A stretch of DNA of 64,000 bases, from NCBI GenBank assembly GCA_002633005.1, contig NMRA01000166.1, positions 699,403 through 763,402 on the forward strand, given 5' to 3'. The notes beneath the pieces were generated by a model. That model was not told where the DNA came from and did not search any database. It worked only from the letters and a program-made list of their open reading frames with translations. The translations under genes and the position numbers were made by a program. Below are positions 39,475-53,199 of this stretch, one piece after another. Origin of the DNA: Phoronis australis (Eukaryota; Animalia; Phoronida). The stretch's first letter is position 1, and each line of letters opens with the position of its first letter.

Positions 39475-39768
39475 TGAAGTCACGCGTCCAAGTTTTGAGA
39501 AGTTCGAAATTTATTTTTCATCTTAGGAATCTCCAGACCTGTTTTGCTTATTGTTTGAATATTGCAAAATATGAAAATGCCAACTGTCCTCCGTTTTACA
39601 TACCCTTTATTCTTTCAGATGCTCGCCGACTACGCTGCTTTTCATGCAGAACTCAGACAGACAATGGCTGTGGGAGTACGTTTGCTTCCACAGGATCCAG
39701 CGTAGAGTGCGAAATGTTTGATGAGGAGAAATCTTGCTTAAAGATACACTACTACGACAAGGAAACAG
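35249..39768 (+). CDS. Ly6/uPAR (three-finger, quiver/sleepless-like) secreted protein, partial (2 exons found)
   Basis: Exon 35249-35300 (MRLAYMTLVLTTLASCI, donor A|gtaagg, phase 1) joins exon 39619-39768 (tctttcag acceptor; ARRLRCFSCRTQTDNGCGSTFASTGSSVECEMFDEEKSCLKIHYYDKETG; donor G|gtagga). The LxCxxC...C...C...CxK spacing matches the N-terminal half of a Ly6 domain. The final exon with the CN motif was not located. Confidence 0.68.
35813..36151. mobile_element. MITE with ~22-bp imperfect TIRs (Kolobok-like) in the Ly6 gene intron
   Basis: ttaaaggcaatagcacggtcccggat ... atccgggaccgtcttattgcttta. Confidence 0.7.
37387..38062 (+). mobile_element. Split direct repeat terminus (B1-A-B2) of a Ngaro/PAT-like retroelement
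   Basis: Identical 171-bp direct repeats at 37387-37557 and 37892-38062 bracket repeat A, which also occurs at 19855. Confidence 0.6.
39429..39470. repeat. (TG)n microsatellite
   Basis: Directly visible. Confidence 0.97.
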
Positions 39769-41482
39769 GTAGGAGGTACACCGACTGCCAGTGCAGTATT
39801 TTTATTACTAACTAAATGTGCTACAGCTTAGAACCCCCTCAAAACGGGCTGATAAAATTGAGAGTCGGGTGGGCGAAAATTGCAGCTACCAAGTTTTCAT
39901 AGCTTAGGCGTCTATAGAAACGTTTTAAGGTTTAAACATGTTAGCTTTAGTAACAAGAGCAACATAAGGCGTTGGTATGCGCCCATAGTGCACCGCAAAC
40001 GGAATGTTTCAACATTCGCTTTTCAGTTTCAAAAAATGTTTGCAATAAAATCATTCTTTGTATATTTCTGAGCAGTTTTACCAAACTACCTACAGAGACG
40101 TGACTGTAACAGATGTGAGACTGTGGCAGTTGCTTAAGCGAAGTTTTAGTATCCGATGTCTAATGAATTTTTAACCGAAAATGTGCAGAGTTAAAATGTC
40201 GTGACAGCCTAAACATTCACACCAGTGAGCAACGCATACTTAAAATTTCTTGAGATTACGATGCTGGACTTCATTTAAAAAATCAAACTGACGTCTGTTA
40301 CAAAATACAATCCACAGAAAGCACCTCGGGTATTGAAGTACCCAGAGAAGCCACAATTCATTGTCAACATCTATCCAACATAGCTTAAAAGTCACCTCCT
40401 GGTACATGGGAATTAACATGGACCTGCAGTCATAAACATGACACTACTCACATTGATTATAGGGCACATGTCGAGTAGAATTGAGCAGATGAAATTGTTG
40501 AAATCTATAATAGGGATGACACACATTTTGTTTTATTAGAGGGCTTTTCAACTAAGTGCGGTATTATGTCAAGATATTGGAAGTTTTCTAAGTCAAACAA
40601 AAGTAATTCCACAGGTCTCGTTTTCTCGTCTTTCAAAAGCTCTGTATTGATAAAATTGCTTGTTTGTTGATTACTGTTGTAGAATTTAAACTGTGCCAGC
40701 AACAGAAGTAAACTCTTCTTCTAGTTAATTTTTGTCAAAAATTTTAATGGAATAATTCACTATTTCAACGCATTAAACCTAAAAGTGTGTTCTAAAGGAT
40801 TTCATCAGTGTTCATCAATTTCTAACAACTATAAATACTTTGTGGGAAAAATGAAAGACTGAACCATTAGAAAACTGGTAATGAGTAACAGTTGATACCA
40901 CCATCGCATCGCTTTCCGTCAACAAGTGATTTTTAATATAAAAGTTTGACTATTACTTCACAAAAACAGGAAAAAAGAAGCAATTACTCCATCAGTGGAC
41001 CCCCCTCCGTGAGTGGCTTCTTATAAAAAATAATAATAAACAAAAACATTAAAAGGGAAGCCATAGTTGCCATCAACAAGTCAATCCAAGAGCTTGCATT
41101 TATTTCAAATGATATGCTATTTCATAAAAAAAGAAAAAAGAAATATTAGAGATGATTCCATTATGTGGTGTTAATCTCTGGATAAATACAGCTCTGAATC
41201 TCGTATGAATGATTTTTGACTTTAAAAATCTGAATCAATTTGTCCTGGGAAATATGTGCTTAACTAGTTTTCTCGGACTTCTTTAAAGTGTGTACAAATA
41301 AGGGCACTTTTCAAGTGAGTATAGACAACCCACACTACAAACTTCATTGGGGACCTCTAAAGGATAGATCCAACACTGGTAGCAAACATTTTTTTCTGTT
41401 CTACGTGTTTCGCTATGTCGATTGTACCTGGCCCCGCCCTGCACCAATGCCGGTAGCCACGAAGGTTTCATAGATATATATT

Positions 41483-41652
41483 TGTATGTGTGTATGTATG
41501 TATGTATGTATGTATGTATGTATGTATGTTTGTTTGTATGTATGTATGTATGTATGTTTGTTTGTATGTATGTATGTATGTATCTATGTATGTATGTATG
41601 TATGTATGTATGTATGTATGTATGTATGTATAATGTATATGTATATGTATAT
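41483..41652. repeat. (TATG)n microsatellite
   Basis: Directly visible. Confidence 0.97.
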
Positions 41653-42900
41653 ATAGACATGTATAGTTGCACAAATATGTAGACATATGCTGCCATGCAC
41701 AGTTACACAGGTATATAGATATAGAAAGTTTTGTACAGTCTATCACCTGCAGTCAAATGACAGACCTACGAAGGTTGAATGTTGCCGGTGGGTTGTAAAA
41801 GCATAAACTTTGCTCAAGGGAGAACAACTGTTGTCTGGCAACCAGTCTACGCACGTGGTTATTGATATGATAACTGGTGTGTGGATTGCTCTCGAGACGA
41901 ATTCGATTCAAATGCGAAAACTAAATTTCACAGACGAAGTTGTAGTCAGAGCTTTAGGAGCTTTCAGGGGACATAATCGCCGAGAAAAGCGAGTTTCTGA
42001 CATCAGACTCGGCGCGGAATTGAACTTGGAACCCTCGCGGTCGCAACGCTCTTCTGCCAAAGATAAATACCACTCGATAAATGACAGAGTATTTTTTCGT
42101 ATTTAACTGGTAAGCTACCAGACTTGATTTCAGCAAATGTTTGGCGGACGTGGCAAAAAGAACGGATTTTACCGCTTTACAGCTCTAGTCAAAGATGTTA
42201 ACATCAGTTAGTCTATTCCAGCCTACAACAATCTCTAAAATGCATTTTTCGGTGGTAAAACCAGTAATGTCCCTTTCAAATATGTTTCGTGAGTACTTTC
42301 ATCGGGCAGTTTTATTTTGCCATTTTCCACCTCACTCGTAGGTCTACTTTTCAATTACCGAGGAATTTGATGACAAATGGCAAATCCTTGAATATTTAAA
42401 GTTTTTATACGTTCGGTCATTATTGATGGAAATATTAGTCCAGGTACTCTACCAAGCACATCTAAATACTGTTGATGACATTAAAAAAACGAGCAAAATC
42501 ACACCACTATCTACCTGTAGAATTTAAAACTACTTTGCTCAATTGCTATGGTCCACTAATTCAATAATACATAAGAGTATTACGTCAATGTATTGAAAGT
42601 TGTGCTTGAAAATTTGATTTTTGCAATGTTAAGGAAGTATGCCACCTCTTTATTGTAAGTTTATTGTCTCAAAGCTGTATTATTGAAAGTGCCTAAACTT
42701 GAGGCTAGTGCAGTTGCACTATATAGCCTTGTCCATACCTATCTCACACGCAGCTGTAGTAATATTAAACGACCAATATTTAGTATTACGTTGGTCACAT
42801 GGTAATATAAATTGCCAAGCATGTGTCCTAACATGATTGGAATTTGTAGAAAACACAAGAAATGTTAAATGTGGAGCTAGCTTTTCTCCCTGTTGAGTCC

Positions 42901-43723
42901 GGTCGCCCAGTGCCTTGTGCTATTGCGATTATAAACTTAAGCCAGTTTTGATGATTCAGTCCAAATCAATTTAAGTCATCGAACTGCTCCCACACATGTA
43001 CTTTTTCGGCTTCATTTTCATTAAAATATTTACAAAATGGACATTTTATTACCTGCGTTTTCATGATCAGATATGAACTCATCTTTTTATTAACTTGGGT
43101 TAAACCGTTTTAACTGTGCTAAAAGTAGTCTAACCATGGGTTTCTCACTCTGTCCGACACTCGCCTTTGTTATAGAATTTACAGCTACCGCGGGAACTAT
43201 AAATGGCTCCCTTTCTTTATATATATATATGTGAGAGTTTAATCCATGAAAACCTCATTTTTACAGAAAATGTGCTACCTAAAACGTGTGAACTTTTTAA
43301 TGAATGGCTATAANGGTCGCCCAGTGCCTTGTGCTATTGCGATTATAATCTTAAGCCAGTTTTGATGATTCAGTCCAAATCAATTTAAGTCATCGAACTG
43401 CTCCCAGACATGTACTTTTTCGGCTTCATTTTCATTAAAATATTTACAAAATGGACATTATATTACCTGCGTTTTCATGATCAGATATGAACTCATCTTT
43501 TTATTAACTTGGGTTAAACCGTTTTAACTGTGCTAAAAGTAGTCTAACCATGGGTTTCTCACTCTGTCCGACACTCGCCTTTGTTATAGAATTTACAGCT
43601 ACCGCGGGAACTATAAATGACTCCCTTTCTTTATATATATATGTGAGAGTTTAATCCATGAAAACCTCATTTTTACAGAAAATGTGCTACCTAAAACGTG
43701 TGAACTTTTTAATGAATGGCTAA
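42901..43723. repeat. ~410-bp tandem duplication joined by a single N (probable assembly/haplotype artefact)
   Basis: 42901-43313 is nearly identical to 43315-43723; N at 43314. Confidence 0.9.
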
Positions 43724-46586
43724 AATACATTATTAACAACAGATAAATATACTGGTGAAAGTAACCACAAGGAGGTCTCTTAAACTCAGTGTCCATCAAC
43801 TATAATATCAAGTAGGAAGAAGCTTCTTTCGGGAGTCGGTCAGTCTCTCACATCAGTCCAGACTTGCATTTTGTCTCTGCGTTTTTGCCACGACTTAGGG
43901 ACTGTGAGTGTTCACCATGGCCAGTACTGTAATCACATATGCCTGCGTTTCAACATAAATTTCGTGTTTGGTCATCATTTTTGACGCTTTCATGTTGTTT
44001 TACGAAAATTAATAAAATTCTATAACAGCCAACTAGTTCCAAAATTGTTTGTCGTAATTACGTCAATAAATCCAAAAAGGCAAGCCCCGGTATGCTGTGA
44101 AATAATGTTCACTAATGCTTTCTACAAGCAAGCACAAGCATGTGGTACATAACGGCAAATCAATTATTCGTTCGAACGCCACAACATGGCTATTGCATTT
44201 CTTTACATCTGTAGTTTGTCATTAAACATAGCGGGCCAATTAGGCAATACAAAACATAAGGGACTTCTTCAATGTTGGCGATCACTCAAACTAGATGCAA
44301 CCACGTGTATGTTTCATAAGTGGCACGATTCCTTCGAAGTGCAATTATGAATTATTAACTTGTCCCAGTTGAATTCGCAGAGGCCACTTTAGGTCCTCGC
44401 TTGGGTATTAATTGAAGTTATTGCTCTTGATTACAAAGCGTGTTAAATGTTCGAGTACATAACCCGTCTCTCCTTAGTTGGATATGGCAAATTAAATATA
44501 AGTATATAATTTGATAATCGTTGCTTTGTATCACATCAAAAATCATTTGAAAGAGACGACAATCAATATTTTACGTTGCTGAGCGAGAGTTAGGCGATCA
44601 AGACGGCTTAAGTTCAAATTAAACCGATCTTTTTGTATATATACATCGAAACGAATTGTGACATTGGATACGGATACAACGACTAAAAATGCCTGTCCTT
44701 GCAATATCTAAGAATTCGCGAAAAAATCAAACAGGCTCCCTGTAAAAGTAAGATCCGCAAATACTGTTACAGAATGCAAGACATGCGGCTTAGGGATTTT
44801 TGTACCGGCCCAGCTCAAAGGTAATAATCCGTTTCGATATACCATTGATACTCGTTATCTATAGTCTATGGATATACAATGCATGACATACAAAAACATC
44901 AGTCTAATCTCAATTTTAAAGTCCTAGAAGCACACGTTTTTAACCCTTATTAAATGGTTAGAAGCCATTATAAGGAACCACGCAGTACTTATCCTATAAC
45001 CAATGCACAATCTATAGTCGAAGAAAGTTTAAATAAACGCGTCACTCACGATTCCGACCCGAAGTTCTTAACCATTTTGAACTAACGGCGAAACCGAAAG
45101 AACAATTCATTCAAGAACCCAGGCGTAGTATACGCCGTCTGTGCGACTGGGACAGTGTCTGTTACCAGCCTGCAAATGAGGATAAAATAATCGACAGCGG
45201 ACCTCAACTTTAATAAAATCAAAATAGGGACAATTTGTACTGAAAATGTTGAAAAAATGTGGCAAAATAAATTTTGACAGAAATTATTTTGCGGGCTCGG
45301 ACCTGCAGGAACTCAGGTCACGGAAATAGACGGGAATAGTCGATGATTTTCCGCTCTCGGCCGAGGTACAAAATTGTGCTCAGGCTAAAAGAGGATTTTA
45401 GTTTGATAACAGAATTGATGTGAACATTCTGCCGTGTTACATAGTACTTAATTTGGTATATATTTTCAAATTTTGAACAAGAATACCCTTTGAGATATGG
45501 ACTTTAAGCCAGCTCATTCGTCGAACTCGGGAGAAGTAACTTTAACGATAGCCTCAAGCTATTGAAGTATAATAGGCGCAACTCCAATGTCTTATGTAAA
45601 TTAACACGTGCATAAACGTATTGGATTTCAAGAGTGGCGTACGCCATGCATATGGATCACGTTGAACCTACTTACCAAACCCGGCGGCCTCTTCTTACAC
45701 TCGATATCTGAAAATTGATTTTGGCATGTGTTACAAGTGACGTTGCAGCTACCAGGGAGTCTGGACTACGTTAGATTAAAGCTACGATATATCCTGCTAT
45801 GGTGTTACCGTCAACATTCTTCACCACCGTATTTGCTTTTGGAGAGCAAAGTGATCGCGTTCTTAGTTTTTATTTGAATCGAAATTGGTGACAAATAAGA
45901 ATTCCCGGCCTTAGTAGTCGATCATACGCCATTGGCAACTAAAACTAACCCGCCGTAGCAATGACCCTAACAGGCGTGGTCTGATTCAAATGACAACCTG
46001 TCTCCGTAGAAATCATTTCTAAACTGAGTAAGAAGTTAAACGAGACTGGTTTTATAAAAGTGCGTGGCCTACACATAAATCAAAAGTTGGTTTTGGCAGA
46101 AGTCATGGGTTCATTTGCTCAAATTGTCACAGCATATTTTGCGTTTCGTCGACCACTGCTGACCCAAATTGTCAATATTGAGAAGTTGTATCAAGTTGTA
46201 TCAAGTTGGGACGTCGTAGCAATAAATGTTTAAAAGTGACAGAGAATTCTGGCTAAAAAATATTGGGCCGTTTTGTCAACATGGGCGCGCACTAATTATA
46301 TAACATGCCTATAGTATGCCCGCCAACAGCCCTCAGCAACTGCATGAGTTGGTTGTCTGCAAATAATTTCCCCAGGCGTGAGCCAATCTACAAGTAAGAC
46401 GCTTTCCTGGTTTGCTGTCATGTTGGTTGGTCTACAAGAGTGTGTCTTTCGCAAAGACATTTACCAGGGGATTAAACTTTCAAAAATAGAGGTTGACTAC
46501 AACAGTATGCACACAAACAAGCCAGTAATGAAAACGAAAATACTTTGCACACCCGACTCTAACGGTGAATACATGTATGACATGCT

Positions 46587-46887
46587 CACTGGCGTAGCCA
46601 GAAGTTTTCAAGAGGGGGATTAAACGCGAAATTGATGGCGACCATAAAGATGAGTGGCGACAGCGTTGACGGGTTTTCAAAACTGAAATGAGTGCCGGCT
46701 AAGGGGGGGGGGGAGCTTTTTTTGTANGACATGTTAAGTGCCAGAAACGTACCAGGATGCATGGAAATGTCACCGTTTGTCTACAAAAATAAAACGTTAC
46801 CCCCCGCTCGGCGCCACACGCCTCGGATTCGACCTTAGCGGGAATCGTAACCCCCCCCCCCTTACTGAAAACGTAGATTTGCCACTG
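46587..46887. mobile_element. hAT-like MITE sharing its right end with 54428-54616
   Basis: cactggcgtag...cgtagatttgccactg termini; shared acatgttaagtgccagaaac...ggattcgacctt.gcgggaatc. Confidence 0.7.
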
Positions 46888-47419
46888 AACAGGGGTCTTA
46901 TATCAACGTGGGTAGCCGACTTCTTCTCATACACCTGTGAATAGCTACCGTTGCAACAATCACTTGTAAACAAAAAGTAACTATTTTCAGCTCGTAAAAT
47001 GGAGAACACGCGCCTATCCCATCACTGTAGGTAGAACATTTCCCTGGCACAAGATGAAGCGGCAGTAAACCCACGTTCTTAGAAGAAACATTCCAAACTT
47101 TTGATTAAGACCACTGGAACCGCTACAAAATTGGTTTCAATTCTTTCCTTATTCTGACGCGAGGTATTTCGTCTTACAAAGAACTAACGGTTCGCTGTTG
47201 TTTGAGACCATGCTAGGCGAAGAAATTGACAGGGGGATCACTTATATTGGCAAGGTGCCCGCAGGCGTGCACCAAAAATTGTTGCGAGACTCCCTATTGC
47301 GGGTGCCAGGTCTGCTAATTCCCATCCCTTTTTGCGGGGTAAATTTTTCTGTCACATCCTCTTTTAAAAATTACCGTGACATTTTTTTCTTTCCTTTAGT
47401 TATTTGTACAGATGGTCAT

Positions 47420-47975
47420 GGGCCTAAAGTACAACAAACAGCAATACACAAGCTGTCCCGTTTTTAGATGCGTAGTATACATATTTCACAACTGATTATC
47501 AGGATTACATAACAGTCTATGAAATCTAAACAAAGAGGGATTTGTCCAGAGGCTCTCACTTAGAAACTTAGCTCTGATTTCGGAAAAAGCTTCGCAAACT
47601 AACAAAAAGTGATATTTATCCTCGAGCATAATGTACACACTCTGTCTTGATATATCACATTTACGTGACGACCAGTTTCTACTGCCAGTCTGTGGTTTGC
47701 ACATCGAAAACGTGTAAAATTTTGCACGAACACTTTTGGAAGATTATCAATTTCTAAATAGTTTTCATGTTCAAATACAACCTTAAATTTTTCATAATAT
47801 TTTAACTTAGAATCGGAATCAACATCGGACTGCCATCTTTGCAAAGTACAATCCTTAACACGTTGTGAGAAAATATTTACAAACGACTCTTGACATGCAA
47901 CTCCTTGGTTTACCCAAACTCTATAGAAACCATACATTGACAATAAATTGCTGACTGATCTTGCCCAACGACAGT
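47420..47975 (-). mobile_element. LINE 3' fragment, same family as 22320-23945
   Basis: FTRFRCANHRLAVETGR...RVCTLC...EDKYHFLLVC; 47815-47968 closely matches 22386-22537. Confidence 0.88.
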
Positions 47976-49345
47976 TTAGTGTCCTATTGGATCGCGCGCG
48001 AGTCCCGCAAAACATGCTGAAAAGTACCGACTAGCCGTAATTTCTGGTACCCGCCTGCGGCATCTTGTCAATATGATTGACCCCCGGGTCAAAAATGAGC
48101 TTTTAGTACGATAAGTGGCATAAATCAACATGCTTTTTAGTCCAATGCGAAATCAATAGCGAGCCGCTTTAGTCGTTGGGCCAACTTGGGCTGCTGTGAC
48201 ACTGGGGCCTGTAGACTACCATAGATGAACCACAGTAGAGGACCAAATTGACACAAGCAAGAATTATCTAGATAATTTGGACAAAGTGTGTCAATTTTGG
48301 GCCGATAATAGTGACCCAACTGGTCACATTCCATTCATTACTATTAAAATTCAGAAACAATAATTACGATTATTTTGGTGTTGACTTTAGCCTACATCGG
48401 TGCGATAATTAAGCAGTTGCTCCTGTCTGTTAACATAGACCATTCTTAATATAGATGAGCATGAGACATTCTTTATTGATTACATATTGGTTGCCAGTGT
48501 CGATGTAACTTGTCTGCAATGATTCCTGAAGGCAAGTTCTAGTTCTGACGTCACGACGACCCAGTGATCTCTGGGCTGGTCTCGCACACTCGTTCCTGTG
48601 TTTCAATAACTGAGTACAAGCATAAATCGATGGCAGAATTTATTCAAGGTCATAGATACGTGAACGTACAAAAAATCTCTAGAACTGTTACCAGTTAGGT
48701 ATACGAACTCAACTCCAACGACTGAGATAGCAATACGACTTGATTGTGGCCTGCTGCTCAAGCCTCGTTTTTGGCATCAAAATATCGACCTTGCATTAAT
48801 TTTAAGAATTGCCTACCAAATTTGGGTTTTGAATTGTTTGGAACTAAAACTATAGATAAGGTTTTACGAGGTTTTACAAATTTTTTTTATTTTTCCACAA
48901 ACATCAGTATAAGGTCGTTGGGATGTTGTTTGACAAAGAGCTGCTGAAAACGATAGCAAATTCTCGACAGAAAAATTCTTGCTTTAGACTGTCAAAGTAT
49001 TAACTTTCAGGATTTTATTTTTCAGAAAGAGAAGAAATCGAACGATCTTGTGGGAAAACGTCAGGCGACGGCTTGTGTCAGAAAACTACGTTTCGGGGTG
49101 ATAAGAATGCTTTAATATGTGCATGTGAGAGCGATAACTGTAACAAAGCACTTGAGCTCTTATCTCCGAAAATCCTGGTCACGGTTTTAGCCTTAGGTGT
49201 GCATTGCGTAACAGTGTTATGACTGCCCCCACATAAGTAACCAACAGCGGGACGGAAGTCGCTCGAACCCATGCACTCCCATGTGTGCACTGAACTTCCT
49301 GGCAAGTTCTAAATTATGTACTGCACTTGAAAATAAAGGGGTACT

Positions 49346-49597
49346 CATGCGCGCACCCAGCCTTTAATGTGGGGGGGTCGTATTTCTGACGTTGTGGACC
49401 TTTTGGTAACAAAAAATCGGGCGGACTAAAAAAACGGAGTGCACCACTGTGAATTGCGCGTTTGTGCTTGTTAAGTGGACTTTTGTCTCATTTTCTCGGA
49501 CTTTTTGTTTCTCAGAGGCGGACCTTTTTGCCCACTTCGCCAAATGGGGGGCTTGTTCGAGCCCCCCGAGTCCCCCCCCTCCCTGGGTGCGCGCATG
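49346..49597. mobile_element. MITE with perfect 15-bp TIR and 5-bp TSD; second copy starts at 52565 and runs into the gap
   Basis: gtact|CATGCGCGCACCCAG...CTGGGTGCGCGCATG|gtact. Confidence 0.9.
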
Positions 49598-52500
49598 GTA
49601 CTGTAATTGAAACTTCTTTTTCATTAACTTTTTAGTTTAAAAGATCATTTCCAATATACACACAACCTAGCTAGTGGAAGGTGAAAGGAAATAGCCTACC
49701 TTAACAAATACACAATCACCTTCCAGTCAGTAATTCCGAAACTCAATTTCAATAAGTAGCGATTGATTTTTATCATCAAAATCCTAAAAGAAATGGCCTT
49801 GAAATGGATTGCAGCTATCTTTTTCAAAAGTGATTGCACTTCGTACGCTTGCCAAAAAGAAGAAATTGTCACGGCCTTAAATTTAAAGTGTCTCCAAGCC
49901 CGCGTTCCGTCCCTCAAGCAGAACTTTTGATTTAGACCACATATTGCAAAAAAGTGGTCTCAACTTGTTCCTCAGGCGTTAAATGGTTATTCCTTGAAGT
50001 CATGGTCGGTGCACAAGTCAACTTGTGGAGCTTCAGTGGTCTCAGGCAATCACTATATGCCAGTCCTGAAATCACTTCTAATTGTACTAAAGCACTGTTC
50101 AAGACCAGTTTCGAAGATTTGGAGGTGGAAGGCTATTTTATAACCGCTACATGCTTTGTAACCCCAGTTGTGTTATTTAAGGTTACGTAGGATCCTAGAA
50201 AAATTTTAGATTTGACAAACAAATTCGGAACATCAAATCTCAGAAAAGGATGATCGGGTTCATATGAAACTTTAACTATGCAATAAGCACTGATCTACAA
50301 AACGACTTAAAGAATAGTTTTAGAAATGTTCATCTTTTGCATGAGAAAATAAGACTTATATGATTTTCTGAAAAAAATCAGTATAAAACAAAGATTAAAT
50401 TGTAACTCAGAAAACTGTAACAACGTTATGAGATTTCATCTTGAAGATTTAGATGGAACGAAATTAGGTCATTTTATTGCATGCACCATTAGCTTTGGGT
50501 AAAATTTACTAAAAAAGCAATGTGGTCACGTGACTAGATTCACGGCAGATTAGCATAAAATTAAAAATCAGTCTAGTCTTTGTACTTTCAGAAAATACGT
50601 ACTTTCACAGAGTTAAAATTTGCAGATCTCTTTGTACCAGTTACGCTAAATACACCCACTCGTGGATACGGTCTTACATACATCTTGAGACAGACAAATT
50701 TTCTTCCGGATATATTCTAATGGTATGTATGTTACAGACCGTAAACACTGGAGAGGCCTGTTGGATTTGTAGACACCCATACGAATCTTTATATCATGCA
50801 AAACCTTTAATTTAAGGACTAAGTCTCTATTTATTTTCATTGAAACGCAGGCTCAGTTTTTAGATAAATTGTCAGAAACTGTAATGAGTCAAAGAGGAGT
50901 CACTAATAAAGATAAAATGATAGAAAAAAAGAAAATTAGTGAGAAGAAAAAGACACAAACACGCTGAAGATTATGGGAGTTAAATGGAATCTCCATATTG
51001 GACCGTCTCGTGCAACTAGGCAATGGACCAAAATAAATTCAACCAAACAAGTACCTCATTATGTGTTCAACAGGTAATGCAACTACATTTTCCTTACACC
51101 TCTTGGTATAATTTATAGGAAGGTCCCTGAGGAGGATTTACGCAGCCATCAAATTCTTTTCAGGCTATCCTCACAGTAAGGTGCTAAAAAAATCCTAATC
51201 CGTGAGGGAGAAAGGTCCAGAGCAGTAACGTTTTCCTCCCTTCCAGTCGCCCTACTCAGGTGTGAAACGCATCGTGAGACCTCATCTTTTTTGCATGAAC
51301 TCATGCGATGATTCTGTACAATTTTCTGTCAATGCTAATTGTTCTTACGAGGGAACAGGTCACTTCGTACCCAAGAATCAACTCGTACCAATATCAATTC
51401 ACAAAACTAATTTATTTTGGTAAGTAATGATCGAAATAAAAACATCAGTTTATGTTGACAAAAAGTGGTCACGTGTTACCCACTATTTAGTAAAATAAAG
51501 TGGTTATAAACCGCCTTGCGTCGCAAAAAAACAAAATTTTATTTTGACCTTTATGAAATTGTCCCAAATTGTCCTTTAGTCAAATTAGCGGTTGGGTTGT
51601 CACCGCTTTGGTGACAGAGGCGTAGTCTCAAAAAATAACGAACTGTCAGTAGCACTCAGCTCATTGCAAGACCAATAATCACTTCTCATCTGACCGAGAA
51701 ACAAGTGGAGACTACTTTTACAGCGGTGAGTGGTCTACATGTCAATTAACAGCTCATTTCTTGAAGGGAACTCCCATTTATAGCCGCTTTGAAATGAGTC
51801 AAATTGAATGTGTCCTGGGTAAGAATTGACTGGAGTCTTTTTTAAAATTATTTTCAACAAACAGAAATTTCAGCATTGTGGAGTATTGCGTAAAGTTTAG
51901 AACCTCAAACTCGACAGTTAATTTTGGCGAATTTTCTAAATTCTTTACACAATTAGAAAATCGCTGGCATTTCAAAATAAACTGCGTCCTTCTTTTAGAA
52001 CAATGTCAATCATTCCGTTTACTGAGCATAATGTTTGCATGTCCCTTGATGACGACTAGAACTCAGGACTCTGGTGTTGTGTTGGTTTAACGTGGGGCGT
52101 TGGAATGCGCCCACGAATGCACCGCAAACGGCGTTTTTCTAGGGTTGTTTATTTTATCATAAAAATTGCCACTAAAGGATGCAAAATACGTCGAATCCAT
52201 CCAAAAGCTGGTATGTGTCATCAAAGCTATTTGCCAAATTTCATACAAATTTGACAAGGTTTGCCTGAGAAACCAAGGAAAATGGAAAAAATGAAATTGC
52301 CACTAGGAGGCTATGGGCGCAAAACGTAACTCACTAGGAGGCGCCACAGTAGTTGAAGTCATCGAAAAATCATTGTCAATCGTCCTCTTCACACTAAAAA
52401 TATATATGTCAATTTTCACAAACATCCTTAGAATGAGAGTGGTTTGGCTGATAGAGGACTGCTTGCCAAAAACAGACTAAAAACAGAAAAAATGTCCACT

Positions 52501-52802
52501 AGATGGCGCAAAATATGTCGAACCCAACAGGAACCTGTCATGGTTTCAATAGAAAGCTACTTACCATGCGCGCACCCAGAGGGGCTCCAATGAGCCCCCC
52601 CCCATTTGGCGAAGTGGGCAAAAAGGTCAGCCCCAGAGAAACAAAAACTACGAGTAAATGGACAACAGTCCACATGAATTCGGCGCCAATGCGGCAATTC
52701 ATAGGTCTGAACATAGTACCTCGTTTATTTATTTTTTATTTTTTCAGTCCCGTTCTATATCTTTTCACTAACAGGTAAGCAAACCAAAAAGTCGAGCCCC
52801 CC

Positions 52803-53043
52803 NNNNNNNNNNNNNNNNNNNNNNNNNNNNNNNNNNNNNNNNNNNNNNNNNNNNNNNNNNNNNNNNNNNNNNNNNNNNNNNNNNNNNNNNNNNNNNNNNN
52901 NNNNNNNNNNNNNNNNNNNNNNNNNNNNNNNNNNNNNNNNNNNNNNNNNNNNNNNNNNNNNNNNNNNNNNNNNNNNNNNNNNNNNNNNNNNNNNNNNNNN
53001 NNNNNNNNNNNNNNNNNNNNNNNNNNNNNNNNNNNNNNNNNNN
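52803..53043. other. Assembly gap
   Basis: Run of N. Confidence 1.
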
Positions 53044-53199
53044 AAGGAGCCCTAGTTCCGACCTCAACACCTACCGTCTGTCTACCTGCAATAAGCACAC
53101 TGCCGTCTTCTATACTGGGAATTTCCGCAGAAAGGCTCACCCGATGAAACGCTCATGCCCATAGGCATTTATTTGATATTAGTACTTCGGGTTTCAAGC

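Noticed and set aside
42901-43723. Apparent 410-bp tandem duplication
   Set aside because: The copies abut a single N and differ by a few SNPs and (TA)n length, as expected for unmerged allelic contig ends.
45061-45213. RSIRRLCDWDSVC as the missing Ly6 terminal exon
   Set aside because: No phase-1 acceptor and no CC/CN ending.
49930-50065. Possible minus-strand exon (GLAYSDCLRPLKLHKLTC...)
   Set aside because: An acceptor is present, but the frame closes soon after, with no partner exons or recognisable motif.
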